The position numbers and the translations under genes are program-made. The notes under the pieces are model-generated. The model saw only the letters and a program-made list of their open reading frames with translations. It ran no database searches and had not been told where the DNA came from. From IMG/VR virus record IMGVR_UViG_3300032884_000028, positions 1 through 39,664 of that record: a stretch of DNA of 39,664 nucleotides, one strand, 5' to 3'. Below are positions 18,905 through 29,227 of the stretch, piece after piece (the first letter of the stretch is position 1; each line of letters opens with the position of its first letter). Origin of the DNA: a virus. Taxonomy: Duplodnaviria; Caudoviricetes.

Positions 18905-19918
18905 CTAATATCCACCCAACCTCCCCCACCCAAACCTACGCCTTATTCTACCTGCTCGTGAGGCATTCATAACCATGCCGCCACTAAGAGGTCTAAAGAC
19001 TTCCATTGGTTGTCCGACATTAGGTGTTTTATAGTTGTTTTCAGTTTCGATAAGATTAGTAGCGTAGTTGTCACGAGCTATAGCAGTTTGTACGTCTGTA
19101 TTGTACATACTATTAACTGTTTGACCTGCAACACTAAGAAGGTAGACATTATCAAACGGAATAACATCATCGTTTGCATAATGATCTTTAAGTCTAATTC
19201 TTCCTAAGATTGTTACTTGACATATATTTGGGCAAGGTTGCTGCACGATTCGTGCACGTTGATAAGAAGGAAGTTCATCGTATGGACCGTAATCAGATAA
19301 GAACTTTCTTAACGTTCCGCACTCATTCATAGATAGTAACGTTACATATCCATTTGTTTTACTTTTAACGATTTCTCTAATTTTTCCAAACTGAACGGTA
19401 GTTCTAATTACCTTACCCTTACAAAGAGAAAGATACTCTCCTGTAATCTTTTCACCTTTGTGCATGGTGAATATTTCCCTGCCTGTTACGTCTGTGCCCT
19501 TAACAATAACAAAAGCGTCTTCTGACTCATCACAGTTAGCTAAAGCTCCTACAAAAGCTCCACAGGCAGGAATATCGTATACCGTAGCATACCTGTTAGG
19601 TTCAATGAACAATGACTCCTGTGCGAGACAGCCGTTATCAAGAGTATTACCACTATGGTATTCAAACCAACGATTCCAAACGGAGCCTATAGCCCCGTCA
19701 ATCTTCATCTTTAATGGTGTTTCTAATTCTTTTGGAAGGGTGATACATCCGTTTTCAGCGTGAAAACAAAACTTACGCTCGTTACCGTATGTACCTTTTA
19801 AAAGCAGATATTGAAGAACCTGCCTTACGAATAAATCAACTCCGTCTCCGTCGACACATGTGCCACTTAGACCAACATACTTAGCTAGTATAACCTTTGC
19901 TTGACCATATGTTATCAC
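18905..19918 (-). CDS. Putative head-tail adaptor/tail tubular protein A-like
   Basis: GTG start with GAGGA SD; helical N-terminus, 'G.ITLP..LE', helical C-terminus; position in the tail module. Confidence 0.5.
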   Translation of the reverse strand: MITYGQAKVILAKYVGLSGTCVDGDGVDLFVRQVLQYLLLKGTYGNERKFCFHAENGCITLPKELETPLKMKIDGAIGSVWNRWFEYHSGNTLDNGCLAQESLFIEPNRYATVYDIPACGAFVGALANCDESEDAFVIVKGTDVTGREIFTMHKGEKITGEYLSLCKGKVIRTTVQFGKIREIVKSKTNGYVTLLSMNECGTLRKFLSDYGPYDELPSYQRARIVQQPCPNICQVTILGRIRLKDHYANDDVIPFDNVYLLSVAGQTVNSMYNTDVQTAIARDNYATNLIETENNYKTPNVGQPMEVFRPLSGGMVMNASRAGRIRRRFGWGRLGGY

Positions 19919-19933
19919 AGTGGAGATTCCTCA

Positions 19934-20110
19934 TTATACGGGTATTCTTGGGAGTCGGTAGCCACCTCTACCGGATCTACGAACTGGTGCCACGGCTTGA
20001 ACTGGGGGCGTTTCTACTGCCGGTGTAGAAGACTGAGCTTTGGCTGCTGATTGTTTAGCAGCCGCAACTGCGGCACGATTATATCGTATAGCCCCGCCGC
20101 AGTTGCACAT
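19934..20110 (-). CDS. Unannotated 58-aa protein with N-terminal MCNCGG tag and Arg-rich C-terminus
   Basis: Manual translation MCNCGGAIRYNRAAVAAAKQSAAKAQSSTPAVETPPVQAVAPVRRSGRGGYRLPRIPV*; fills the gap exactly; AGGT SD. Confidence 0.75.
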   Translation of the reverse strand: MCNCGGAIRYNRAAVAAAKQSAAKAQSSTPAVETPPVQAVAPVRRSGRGGYRLPRIPV

Positions 20111-20119
20111 ATTTACCTA

Positions 20120-20377
20120 CTAAGCTGGACATGAAGCTGGAGTGCTGCAAGCAAAACCTTTCGTGAAGGTATTAGCTTTAACAAGACCCTGCTCATTCAT
20201 ACCCTTCTGCTGAACTCGTGTAGAGTTAGGGAAGCTAAGAGATTGACCTGAAGCGAACCAAAGACCAACACCTACAATATTCATGTAAGCATTAGCACCG
20301 GTCATACCCTCGCGGGTAGCAACTTTAGGTGTAGAACAAAGTGGAAGTAACTGAACACATGAACCTGGGGCTGACAT
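20120..20377 (-). CDS. Small hypothetical virion-module protein with Cys at both termini
   Basis: AGGAG SD; operon position. Confidence 0.7.
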   Translation of the reverse strand: MSAPGSCVQLLPLCSTPKVATREGMTGANAYMNIVGVGLWFASGQSLSFPNSTRVQQKGMNEQGLVKANTFTKGFACSTPASCPA

Positions 20378-20397
20378 AATACATTCTCCTAATAAAA

Positions 20398-20610
20398 CTA
20401 TTTACGTTGACTATAGGTCTTTCCACCAAAAGCCGATGCCTTCATAGAAGGAGGACCATCGAGGTTTTGAGCCTGAGCCGTTAGAGGATCTCTTCCTTCT
20501 CGGAAAGGATGACTTGGGGGGGTTGGAGGTGTACCAAATAGTTTACCTACTTTGAAACCTGCCGCAATTTTAGCGAATGTAGCGCGAACGTCAAGCAATG
20601 GAATTGCCAT
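20398..20610 (-). CDS. Small basic Pro-rich hypothetical protein
   Basis: AGGAG SD; preceded by the promoter-like motif. Confidence 0.7.
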   Translation of the reverse strand: MAIPLLDVRATFAKIAAGFKVGKLFGTPPTPPSHPFREGRDPLTAQAQNLDGPPSMKASAFGGKTYSQRK

Positions 20611-20636
20611 AATTATCTCCTGTAAAGGTTATCTGT

Positions 20637-20666
20637 ATTTTGCCACGGTTTTAACTGGTGTGTAAA
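20637..20666 (-). promoter_or_regulatory. Putative promoter TTTACA-N17-GCAAAAT
   Basis: Copy of the shared bipartite motif in a 60-bp gap. Confidence 0.55.
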
Positions 20667-20670
20667 TCAC

Positions 20671-21123
20671 CTAAATGCCTACCCATATAGCAGGATAGTA
20701 TTTATAAGGCGCAGTTAATCCAGCCGGTATTGCCTGGTTCATTAGGGCAGTGTAATCGGGTATTGAAAATAGTGTCTGAACTAGATCAAAATTATATCCA
20801 GCAGGAGGAGTAGCTGAATCCCCATATAGCCAGAAAATCTGATTAGGAGCAGGAGTAATCTGAACCCATGTTCCTGATGCGCCTGCATAGATAAACTGTC
20901 CTACGTATGTTCCAGCAGAGGATAATTTATACCAAATTTTACCTCTGTCAGCCTGACCGGGCTGGCTTACCGAAATAACTACGTTAGAGAAAGATTGATT
21001 TGGAATCTCAACTAAAAGATAGTCACCTAAGCTTTTAAGTAGGTCAGCAAAGTCTGTAAAACATGCAGAAGATGGCACCCCTTTAACTTTGATTGCACCT
21101 GTAATTACACTCTGTATCGCCAT
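20671..21123 (-). CDS. Putative short tail fibre/adapter protein
   Basis: 'ISVSQP...DRGKIWY', 'G..WV', 'PPAGY' segments resemble fibre collar domains. Confidence 0.45.
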   Translation of the reverse strand: MAIQSVITGAIKVKGVPSSACFTDFADLLKSLGDYLLVEIPNQSFSNVVISVSQPGQADRGKIWYKLSSAGTYVGQFIYAGASGTWVQITPAPNQIFWLYGDSATPPAGYNFDLVQTLFSIPDYTALMNQAIPAGLTAPYKYYPAIWVGI

Positions 21124-21126
21124 AAA

Positions 21127-22983
21127 CTATTCCTCTTTACAATCATTACTTTCTGGAATCTGCCAAATATCAAAACACTGCGCAGGTACTGGGGCAATCT
21201 TAGATTGTTCACAATACGTAATCTGCTCTGCTTGTGGTACTAAAACGGATTTAAGCTTTAGATATTCTAGCTCCCAGTATTTACCTGTAATTATAAGCCG
21301 TATTTGAACGTCTTTGTATACTGCTGTTATTGTATTATTTGCTACGTTACAAGTTACTTGGCTTACTCCCCCAAGATTTAAGTCTCTAATTCCCTGTGGT
21401 ACTAATCCATTAGCAAAATTAGGAAACGGTTTACACTGCTCTACAGGAGCTTCGTAAGTAAAGTCTTTCCAATGTATAAATTGTCCGTATGTACCAGATA
21501 GATAATCCGCACTGACTTTCAATTTTTCTTCGATATTTCGAAGTCCAAGATCTAAAGAATGAAGCGTTTTATTAACCGTTATATCCGTATTATCATACCC
21601 CTTAGTTAAAAGTACTGAACGAACATATCGTTCTTTACCTTTAATGGTGTCATGCGTCTTATTCTTATCTATTAAGAATAACCTGTTTCTACCATCTAAT
21701 TTTGAAGCAGTATAAAATAGTTGATTATTTAACCCAAAATCCATGAAGTGTAGTCCTGTCCAGACTCCACCCCATACAGGGTTAGATCGTTGAGAAAGAC
21801 TAGCTGTTGTGTCTAACTCAATGGTTAATACACCTGAGCTTACAAAATCCGTTTGTAATGCTCCCTCTGCACTGTAGCAAGGAACTCTATAAGGATTGCA
21901 GGTATTAAAAATCTTATTTTGATAATAAGATGTAACTGATACATAAGCTAAATCAGGATCAGACTGCTCTAATAAAGAATTAACTTCTCTTGATATTGGA
22001 GAATTACCCCAAAGTTGCTGTTGATTTCTAGCCATTGACAGAGCACGAACTTGTCCATCAGAAGATCTAAATATAAGATCACTTCCCACGTTTACGTGTG
22101 CACGCTGACCAACAATACCATCTCTAAATAGTAAGCAAGATCCAAATACGAATCCGTTATTACCACCCTGCCAAGCTGCTCTTGGTACGTCTGTTCGATA
22201 AGAATAAACAGCCGTATTTGTAGCTACTAAAAGAGGACCAATTCCAGTACTCGTATCTTGTACTTGTAGAAATCCCATCGCAGTAATAAAGTCATTATTC
22301 TTATTTGACGTAGGTACTTGATATACGTTAGCTACGTAAGGAGAAGACGGTACTAATACTTCTTGGAAAGATACCGGAGCAAGTGGTGTAGCAACTGATC
22401 CTGCAGGATCTCCAGCAGTCCAATCAATTCCAGCATTAGCAATACAAAGTCTGTTTTGGTTGTGCGTTCCCATTACTGATACAGGTACTTCATATAAAGC
22501 AGGATCAGAACGATGAATCTGAATACCTTCTAAGATAAAAGGCCGATTAGGAAAATCAAATATAACAAGATAATTACCTGCGCTAGACCAATTAACACGG
22601 TCTGCATCTACATTTAATTGATCTGTTTTATTAAGAACAGTAACCGTTAAATCCTGTAAATTAACTAGAAATATAAATCCTGAAACAATGTATATAAAAA
22701 AGTAATCAGGACCAATACTGTAAGGAATAAACGCTTGAAACTTTCCACTCTTAAAAATTTCCTCGTATGATACTTTAACGCCAGTAGTACGTGTATAGTC
22801 TCCAGTTAAAGTAAAATCTAATTCTATCTCTGTAAATCCCCACCGAGGACCTAAGAAAGCTTTACTTGGAATTACATTTACACCTAAGAAATATTGATTA
22901 TCTGAAATGGCATTAGGAGAGACTGAGGCGTTCATCCCTCCAGAAAATTCAGTCGTGCCTGCAAATATAATAGTTTCTGCCAC
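21127..22983 (-). CDS. Putative tail nozzle/tail tubular B/P22 gp10-like stabilisation protein
   Basis: 'F.GGMN...P..I..NQY....NV......L.PR.G' start, beta-propeller-like pattern, 'PIS.EV' motif, 618 aa. Confidence 0.65.
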   Translation of the reverse strand: MAETIIFAGTTEFSGGMNASVSPNAISDNQYFLGVNVIPSKAFLGPRWGFTEIELDFTLTGDYTRTTGVKVSYEEIFKSGKFQAFIPYSIGPDYFFIYIVSGFIFLVNLQDLTVTVLNKTDQLNVDADRVNWSSAGNYLVIFDFPNRPFILEGIQIHRSDPALYEVPVSVMGTHNQNRLCIANAGIDWTAGDPAGSVATPLAPVSFQEVLVPSSPYVANVYQVPTSNKNNDFITAMGFLQVQDTSTGIGPLLVATNTAVYSYRTDVPRAAWQGGNNGFVFGSCLLFRDGIVGQRAHVNVGSDLIFRSSDGQVRALSMARNQQQLWGNSPISREVNSLLEQSDPDLAYVSVTSYYQNKIFNTCNPYRVPCYSAEGALQTDFVSSGVLTIELDTTASLSQRSNPVWGGVWTGLHFMDFGLNNQLFYTASKLDGRNRLFLIDKNKTHDTIKGKERYVRSVLLTKGYDNTDITVNKTLHSLDLGLRNIEEKLKVSADYLSGTYGQFIHWKDFTYEAPVEQCKPFPNFANGLVPQGIRDLNLGGVSQVTCNVANNTITAVYKDVQIRLIITGKYWELEYLKLKSVLVPQAEQITYCEQSKIAPVPAQCFDIWQIPESNDCKEE

Positions 22984-22984
22984 A

Positions 22985-24571
22985 TTATGAACTTATTAAA
23001 ACAGTCGTTATTTTGCAATTTACTTGTTGATAGTGTATTTGACAATCAGACACAATATTTAACGTCAAATTAGGTAATGCACAAAATCTAACTTCATTCC
23101 CAGGAGCTATAGTTCCGACAATAGTTCTACTGTGCGATCTTCCAAAATACCATTCGTCAACTGATGGACTAGGGACAACTCTAGACTCAAAAAGATTCAC
23201 TGTAGTATCTGTTACAGCTACAGCTGGTGCAGTAGTTCCAATTGCTCCAGAAGCTATGCCATAAGAATGAATAAAATGTAATTCAGATTCCTGTTGGGTT
23301 CCAGCTAGCGTCTCATAATAACCAGACCACCCATACTCAAAAGTAACCATGTAATCCATTGGATTAGTACCAGTATTTACATACGGTCCTGCGTTAGCCT
23401 GCGGACCGTTTATGGATTGTGCAGCGCCTGTAAGAGTTCCAGGAGTAACTTCTGCTCCAATAACATTATAAGTTGCTTGAAGTTCTAAGTTGCTTGTAAC
23501 TAAATCAAGCAGCTCACAGCAGTTAATCGTACAAATCAACGTACCTACTGGCATAGTAAGTGCCGTAGTAATGGAAGGAGTAATTGTAATATTAAGATGA
23601 GTACCATCTGTAACCGTGTTAATAGTTGCTCGGTTATTTGGAATACCACTTAAAGTAAGAATGTCATACTGAGCAAGAGAAGCAGTGCTATTAACTGCAA
23701 TATTATACGTATCAGTACCAATAACTAAATTTAACGGTGAAGTTAAATGTGTACAAATTGGAGGAGTAATAGCTGGCTGCATCTCAACATTGCAATTACC
23801 ATCAATTACTACTGGGATATAACCCTGCAAACATGGATCACCTAAAGGTGCGGAAACTCCATCGCCATCACAAGCAAGTAACCGACCATCCGCTATAGCG
23901 TCAGCGTCGCAAGGATTGCTTGAAATAATTGAAAGACAATACTGAGGTTCCCCATTTGCGTCATATGCAACAACTGGAGTACCAGGAGTGATACCTGAGC
24001 CTTTATTAATAATCGTAACTACATTATTAGGTTTAATAGCTTCAACAAAATAAAATCCTGTACCAATCTGTACTGTATCAGATGCAGTTAGTCCTACTGT
24101 AGTAGTAAGAGTAATATCAGTTGGAATATTTAGTTCTGGAGCAGTAAACGATACGGCTACACACAATGCTGTACTTGGAAGTACTACTGGAGGAACAGTA
24201 ACAACAAAACAAGTACAAGATGGAATCTGAGTACCAGGAGCAGCATTGCCTTCAGTACAATTATTAGTAATACCTAACGTTTCTCTTTGAGCATCAAAAC
24301 TAGTTATCTGAAAATAACCAAAAGTATCTGCCCAAATATAAGAACCAATACTAGCACCAATAATACCTGGTACGCTTACCACTGCAGTTTGACCACACGA
24401 TGGTACGTTCCAAGCTACAGCTGGGCAAATAGCAGAGTTAAACTGCTGTTCATATATCTTTGCACAATGATCTTCTGGACATACTGGAGTATCTAAATAA
24501 TATGCAGACCCCCCACAGGTCGAACTGCATCTACAAGTGCTACTAGTTTGTCCACATCTATTACAAGACAT
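22985..24571 (-). CDS. Cys-rich modular fibre/decoration protein with three beta-rich repeats
   Basis: N-terminal MSCNRC..CRC..C; repeat 'WNVPSCG..IGSYI...FGYF.I...NNC..GNAAPGT' shared with the adjacent 411-aa gene. Confidence 0.6.
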   Translation of the reverse strand: MSCNRCGQTSSTCRCSSTCGGSAYYLDTPVCPEDHCAKIYEQQFNSAICPAVAWNVPSCGQTAVVSVPGIIGASIGSYIWADTFGYFQITSFDAQRETLGITNNCTEGNAAPGTQIPSCTCFVVTVPPVVLPSTALCVAVSFTAPELNIPTDITLTTTVGLTASDTVQIGTGFYFVEAIKPNNVVTIINKGSGITPGTPVVAYDANGEPQYCLSIISSNPCDADAIADGRLLACDGDGVSAPLGDPCLQGYIPVVIDGNCNVEMQPAITPPICTHLTSPLNLVIGTDTYNIAVNSTASLAQYDILTLSGIPNNRATINTVTDGTHLNITITPSITTALTMPVGTLICTINCCELLDLVTSNLELQATYNVIGAEVTPGTLTGAAQSINGPQANAGPYVNTGTNPMDYMVTFEYGWSGYYETLAGTQQESELHFIHSYGIASGAIGTTAPAVAVTDTTVNLFESRVVPSPSVDEWYFGRSHSRTIVGTIAPGNEVRFCALPNLTLNIVSDCQIHYQQVNCKITTVLISS

Positions 24572-25806
24572 TATGCCACCTTAAATCTAAGTTGAGTTCC
24601 AAATATTCTACCTGTATTAGAACTATAGTTTGTTCCAGCTACATCTTTCTTAAATATTGCTGTAGCACCAGCTGATACCGCTACGTTACCTGATCCTGCT
24701 GCTATGTCATTAACATATGCAGGAATAATAAGGCTACTAGAAGCTGTAAAAGGTAGAGAAGCTATTACCTGACTTGCTACAGTCACGCCACTCATATCTG
24801 TATTAAATAGTAAATCTAAATCACACATACGAGAAGTAAAATCAAACTCCCATGCTGAGGTAGTAAATACATTTGTAGCAAATGCTCCTGCTCCGTCATT
24901 AGTAAGCGTAGGAGTATATGTAGTTCTCTTAGTCTTTGCAGGGCTAGTTACAACAAAATTAGTTCCATTATAAACAATCGTATACTGAACGTTAGTTATA
25001 ATAGTTCCAGCTGGAAGTGCTGTTAAAATCTGGTCAACTAATGTTACTGCTCCAAATCCATTAACATCTATGGTAGGACTTGCTGCAGTATTAGTAAGAC
25101 CTGCTAGAAAATCAATTGTCATCCCGACGTAATAAGCAGTAGCCGTAGTGGTAAAGGATAAAGTCTGAGCATTAACTGCTCCAGCTGACGTACCCCCTGC
25201 GTAAATAAACTCATTACCAAAAGGAGGATCAGTAAATATAAACACACTACCAGCAGGTACCGCAGTACCAGCAGCTACATTACCAGTGTTACAGTTATTT
25301 TTAACTGTTAAGATATTGGTATTAGGATCGTAAGCAGTAATCTCATACCAACCGTAATCTGGATTATATATATAAGTACCAACTACAATTGTAGGGTGAG
25401 CAGATACAGTTAAAACTTCAGTAGCTGAGCAAGCAGGAGTTACCCAAGCTTCAATTACACTTACTGCAGAACTTGTTGGAGTAGAAGAAAAGATAAATTC
25501 TGTATCAGCAGGTACAGTAGTTCCAGGAGCAGCATTACCATCTATACATTCATTTTCAACAGTAATCTGACCATTGAGTGAATTAAACCCTAGTATCTTA
25601 AATGAGCCGTAATCTGGGTTATAGACATACGCCCCAACAAGAACACTTGTTAGACCATCAACTGCAAGTATGGCATTAGACCCGCAAGCAGGAATATTCC
25701 ATGAGTTGCTTACTGTAAGAACTACGCAAACCGTGGGGCACGTAACACATGATTCAGTGCACCCACAGCTGCTTTTAGAAGACGAACATCCGCAACCCAT
25801 AAACAA
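24571..25806 (-). CDS. Cys-tagged modular fibre protein (two beta repeats plus fibre C-terminal domain)
   Basis: Internal duplication 'W..PAC...VG.Y.YNPDYG...I...N.C..GN.A.GT.VPA...FIF'; C-terminal ~200 aa paralogous to that of the 422-aa collagen protein. Confidence 0.65.
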   Translation of the reverse strand: MFMGCGCSSSKSSCGCTESCVTCPTVCVVLTVSNSWNIPACGSNAILAVDGLTSVLVGAYVYNPDYGSFKILGFNSLNGQITVENECIDGNAAPGTTVPADTEFIFSSTPTSSAVSVIEAWVTPACSATEVLTVSAHPTIVVGTYIYNPDYGWYEITAYDPNTNILTVKNNCNTGNVAAGTAVPAGSVFIFTDPPFGNEFIYAGGTSAGAVNAQTLSFTTTATAYYVGMTIDFLAGLTNTAASPTIDVNGFGAVTLVDQILTALPAGTIITNVQYTIVYNGTNFVVTSPAKTKRTTYTPTLTNDGAGAFATNVFTTSAWEFDFTSRMCDLDLLFNTDMSGVTVASQVIASLPFTASSSLIIPAYVNDIAAGSGNVAVSAGATAIFKKDVAGTNYSSNTGRIFGTQLRFKVA

Positions 25807-25811
25807 ATTCC

Positions 25812-26420
25812 TTATGCATAAAGTCTGGTAGCTACAATTGAAGCTTCCGTAACATTTAGCGCTCCAGCTGTAGGAATTACAGATACATCACCAAAGATAG
25901 TAACAATATCTCCAGCCGCAGCTGCATAAACTATAGTTGGAAGTCCGAGAACTTCTAAGACTCCGGTTACAGTTGTTACTACATCTGTTCCAATAGCAGT
26001 AGACCCATTAGTCAAATCTGCTGCAGTATTGTTAGTACGTCTAAGTTTAATTGTTACGGTTCTATTGGCTGCAAACGTAGCGCCTGCATATTCTAGATTC
26101 ACTCTTGCCTGGATTAAATATGTTCCAGCTTTAGCAAATGTAATAACAGGGTCAGTAGTACCAAAGTCAATAGCTGCTGAGGTAGCAGTCAATGCATATA
26201 CTGTGCCAGCTGCATATACAGACTGTGTAACATTTTTATCTGAACCATCAGCGAGTAAGAATGCATCTGCAGTTTGTGTACCTGATATAGTCTCGTTACC
26301 CGAAACATCTATCCCAGTAACATAAACCGTACCTAATCGATTATTCGACGTACCAATATCTGCCTCTGCTAACGCAGGTATATTTTCAAAAATTCCAGCC
26401 GGATTGTCAAATACGCCCAT
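25812..26420 (-). CDS. Putative virion decoration/fibre-tip protein with jelly-roll-like C-terminus
   Basis: AGGAG SD; 'ITF.KAGTYLI.A.V' and 'AAGD.V.I' recall C1q/BclA-CTD-like beta sandwiches; T/A/V-rich. Confidence 0.5.
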   Translation of the reverse strand: MGVFDNPAGIFENIPALAEADIGTSNNRLGTVYVTGIDVSGNETISGTQTADAFLLADGSDKNVTQSVYAAGTVYALTATSAAIDFGTTDPVITFAKAGTYLIQARVNLEYAGATFAANRTVTIKLRRTNNTAADLTNGSTAIGTDVVTTVTGVLEVLGLPTIVYAAAAGDIVTIFGDVSVIPTAGALNVTEASIVATRLYA

Positions 26421-26448
26421 AACACTTACTCCTATAAATTTCCAATTA

Positions 26449-26477
26449 ATAATGCCATAAAACTAAATACCTGTCTT
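26449..26477 (-). promoter_or_regulatory. Putative promoter AAGACA-N16-GCATTAT
   Basis: Degenerate copy of the shared motif in a 58-bp gap. Confidence 0.4.
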
Positions 26478-26478
26478 G

Positions 26479-27747
26479 CTACAATCTTATCCTCATACGT
26501 GAACTAAATATCCGCCCAGTGTTAAGAGAATAATTTGAAACGTCACTTTTAAAATACGATATATAAGCAGTACCTGTGGTAGTTGCAGCAAGCCCCACTG
26601 AGGAAGCAATATCATTAACATAGCAGATTAAAGTAACTCCCGTATCTCCAGCTGTGAATGGAATAGAAGCTCTTACTTCATTAGAAGCTACGCCTGAGGT
26701 CGTACATGAAAAATCCTGCTCTACATCAAGTGAGTTATTATTATAGTTATAGCTCCACTGAGCATATGCAACGGGTGCATATGCGCTAACTGTAACACCG
26801 TTACTAGTCAGAGTTGGAGTATAGGTAAACCAGTCAGAAACTGTAGGAGAAAATACGTACCATGCTCCAGTCGCTGATCGGTAACGAAGCAAATAACTAA
26901 CACCGTTTGCAATGATAGTATTAGCAGGAAGGTTATCTCCTACTAATGCTTTGATATTAACAGCACCATTTCCATCTACATTTAGTAGTGGAGTATTCGT
27001 TGTATTTTGACTAACCCATTGAATAATAATTTGCGCTCCATCAGGAATAGAGCCTGTAAATACTGCTCCAGTAGTAGCAACGACATATGTGTCGGTTCCT
27101 GCGTTATATGAAGTTTCAGTAGCGGTTACTGCCCATAGACTTCCTTGAGGACCTTGTGCTCCTTGAGAACCTTGTGACCCCGTACCAGTTACACCTTGAA
27201 AACCTTGGTTACCTTGAGTTCCTTGTGAACCTTGAGGACCTTGTGCGCCCGTTGCGCCCTGTGCTCCTTGAGCACCAGTAGATCCTTGTGCACCAGTTGC
27301 ACCTTGCTGACCTTGTGAACCAATGGCTCCTTGAGAACCTTGATTACCTTGAAAACCCTGATTACCCTGTGCACCTTGAGAACCTTGCGCACCAGTAGCT
27401 CCTTGAGCACCTTGTGGTCCCCCAAACGCACCTTGAAAACCTTGGAATCCTTGATTGCCTTGGAATCCTTGATTACCTTGAGAACCTTGAGAACCGTTAG
27501 ATCCTTGATTGCCTTGAACTCCAGTATTACCTTGAGAACCTTGGTATCCTTGAACTCCTGCTAGACCTTGTAGACCTTGAGAACCAGTTGCTCCTTGAGC
27601 ACCAGTATCTCCTTGAAAACCTTGTGGACCGCCGTAATCACCTTGTGCTCCTTGAGCACCGTTGTCGCCTTGAAAGCCTTGAGAGCCCCTAGAACCTTGA
27701 GGTCCAGTGCAAGAGCAATTACAATTTGTTCCACAAGTGCCACTCAT
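26479..27747 (-). CDS. Collagen-like (Gly-X-Gln) fibre protein 3
   Basis: Cys tag [13 protein letters not shown]; about 60 GXY triplets with three interruptions; beta-rich C-terminal fibre domain. Confidence 0.85.
   Translation of the reverse strand: MSGTCGTNCNCSCTGPQGSRGSQGFQGDNGAQGAQGDYGGPQGFQGDTGAQGATGSQGLQGLAGVQGYQGSQGNTGVQGNQGSNGSQGSQGNQGFQGNQGFQGFQGAFGGPQGAQGATGAQGSQGAQGNQGFQGNQGSQGAIGSQGQQGATGAQGSTGAQGAQGATGAQGPQGSQGTQGNQGFQGVTGTGSQGSQGAQGPQGSLWAVTATETSYNAGTDTYVVATTGAVFTGSIPDGAQIIIQWVSQNTTNTPLLNVDGNGAVNIKALVGDNLPANTIIANGVSYLLRYRSATGAWYVFSPTVSDWFTYTPTLTSNGVTVSAYAPVAYAQWSYNYNNNSLDVEQDFSCTTSGVASNEVRASIPFTAGDTGVTLICYVNDIASSVGLAATTTGTAYISYFKSDVSNYSLNTGRIFSSRMRIRL
27140..27705 (-). repeat. 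9-nt periodic repeat encoding G-X-Q triplets
   Basis: Recurring CCTTG on the + strand every 9 nt. Confidence 0.95.
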
Positions 27748-27748
27748 A

Positions 27749-29227
27749 TTAATACCACTTTACCCAGACAAAACCGCTACCGCCTTGACCACCATTTCCA
27801 CCGTGAGCAGGTGTTACAGCTCCTCCACCTCCGCCTCCTCCACCTCCTCCTCCGCCAAAAACTCCTTGGCCACCGACTCCACCTGTGGTTAAAATACTTG
27901 CAGCTCCTCCACCACCGCCACCACCTGGTAATGGCGTAGTTGCACCTGCGCGGTTCCCATTGCCACCAGCGCCCCCATCACCAACTCCGCCAAGCCCTTT
28001 TGTTAAATTGAATTGTGGAAGAGGTACCCCACCTTGGCCCCCTGCTTGAATACCAGTGCCCGCAGAAACGCAACCACTACCCCCGCCTCCTCCTCCTCCA
28101 GACTGATTTCCTGCTGTAAAAGAATAACCAGGAGTTGCAGGGGTAGCAGATATAGAACCGAATACTCCACTCTGTCCTGAGTTCATGCCCTGTGCCCCCA
28201 CACCTACCGTGGCGAGGCCGCCACCGCCACCACTAAGCGCATTCAAATATGTTCCAAAAGAACTCTGTACCCCTGCTGACCCTGCTAACCCCCTACCAGT
28301 AGCTGTAGACTGACCACCCCCACCAGCCCCGCCACCACCAACAGTTATTGTCACTGGGAAAACTAAATCTGAACGTTTGAAAGTGGCTGTATTAAAAGCT
28401 CCACCACCACCAGTACCTGGTTCATTAACATTACTACTGCCACCAGCTGCTGCTTGTGGGCCACCAGATCCACCACCGCCGCCACCCACTACTGCAACAT
28501 CTATAAATGTTCCAACTCCTGGGTCTGCAAAAGTATTATTTGCAGTAAACATCTGCGCACCAACGCCACCTTGCGAGCCTTGAAATCCTTGGGTACCTTG
28601 CAAACCTTGAAAGCCTTGAGTCCCTTGGTTTCCTTGAGTGCCTTGATTACCTTGAAATCCCTGATTGCCTTGAGTTCCTTGATTGCCTTGATTACCTTGA
28701 GTTCCTTGGAAACCTTGGTTACCTTGAGTTCCTTGGAAACCTTGAAATCCTTGATTGCCTTGAGCGCCAGTTAATCCTTGAGTTCCTTGGAAACCTTGAA
28801 ATCCTTGATTACCTTGCGTGCCTTGGGTACCTTGAAATCCTTGGTTACCTTGCGTGCCTTGGGTACCTTGATTACCCTGAAAACCTTGGAATCCTTGATT
28901 GCCTTGAGTTCCTTGAGGTCCTTGAAAACCTTGGTTACCTTGTGCTCCTGTAGTACCTTGAAATCCTTGATTGCCTTGCGTTCCTTGATTACCTTGAGAA
29001 CCAGTAGAACCTTGAACACCCTGTGTGCCTTGTGGTCCCTGTGTACCTTGAAATCCTTGATTGCCCTGCGACCCTTGAGAGCCAGTAGAACCTTGAGGAC
29101 CAGTATCTCCCTGCGCTCCTTGTGCGCCAGTATCTCCTTGAGTACCTTGTGGACCCTGATATCCCTGATGTCCTCTTTGAGGAGTACAAGTACAACCATT
29201 TCCGCATTGTGGTTTAGCGCATGTCAT
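27749..29227 (-). CDS. Collagen-like fibre protein 2 with C-terminal glycine-rich (polyglycine II-type) domain
   Basis: Cys tag [14 protein letters not shown]; about 69 uninterrupted GXY triplets; 'FT...TF..P....V.VVGGGGGG...[10 protein letters not shown]...SSFG...GG.GG.G.V.V.W' domain. Confidence 0.85.
   Translation of the reverse strand: MTCAKPQCGNGCTCTPQRGHQGYQGPQGTQGDTGAQGAQGDTGPQGSTGSQGSQGNQGFQGTQGPQGTQGVQGSTGSQGNQGTQGNQGFQGTTGAQGNQGFQGPQGTQGNQGFQGFQGNQGTQGTQGNQGFQGTQGTQGNQGFQGFQGTQGLTGAQGNQGFQGFQGTQGNQGFQGTQGNQGNQGTQGNQGFQGNQGTQGNQGTQGFQGLQGTQGFQGSQGGVGAQMFTANNTFADPGVGTFIDVAVVGGGGGGSGGPQAAAGGSSNVNEPGTGGGGAFNTATFKRSDLVFPVTITVGGGGAGGGGQSTATGRGLAGSAGVQSSFGTYLNALSGGGGGLATVGVGAQGMNSGQSGVFGSISATPATPGYSFTAGNQSGGGGGGGSGCVSAGTGIQAGGQGGVPLPQFNLTKGLGGVGDGGAGGNGNRAGATTPLPGGGGGGGAASILTTGGVGGQGVFGGGGGGGGGGGGAVTPAHGGNGGQGGSGFVWVKWY
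28553..29173 (-). repeat. 9-nt periodic repeat encoding G-X-Q triplets
   Basis: GNQ/GFQ/GTQ units with higher-order duplications. Confidence 0.95.

Noticed and set aside
8681-19763. Short + strand ORFs antisense to virion genes
   Set aside because: Fully nested opposite long ORFs, with compositions typical of antisense shadows
24571-26850. Paralogous fibre C-termini as a DGR template/variable repeat pair
   Set aside because: Similarity is at protein level with differences at all bases, not adenine-specific; no reverse transcriptase in the window
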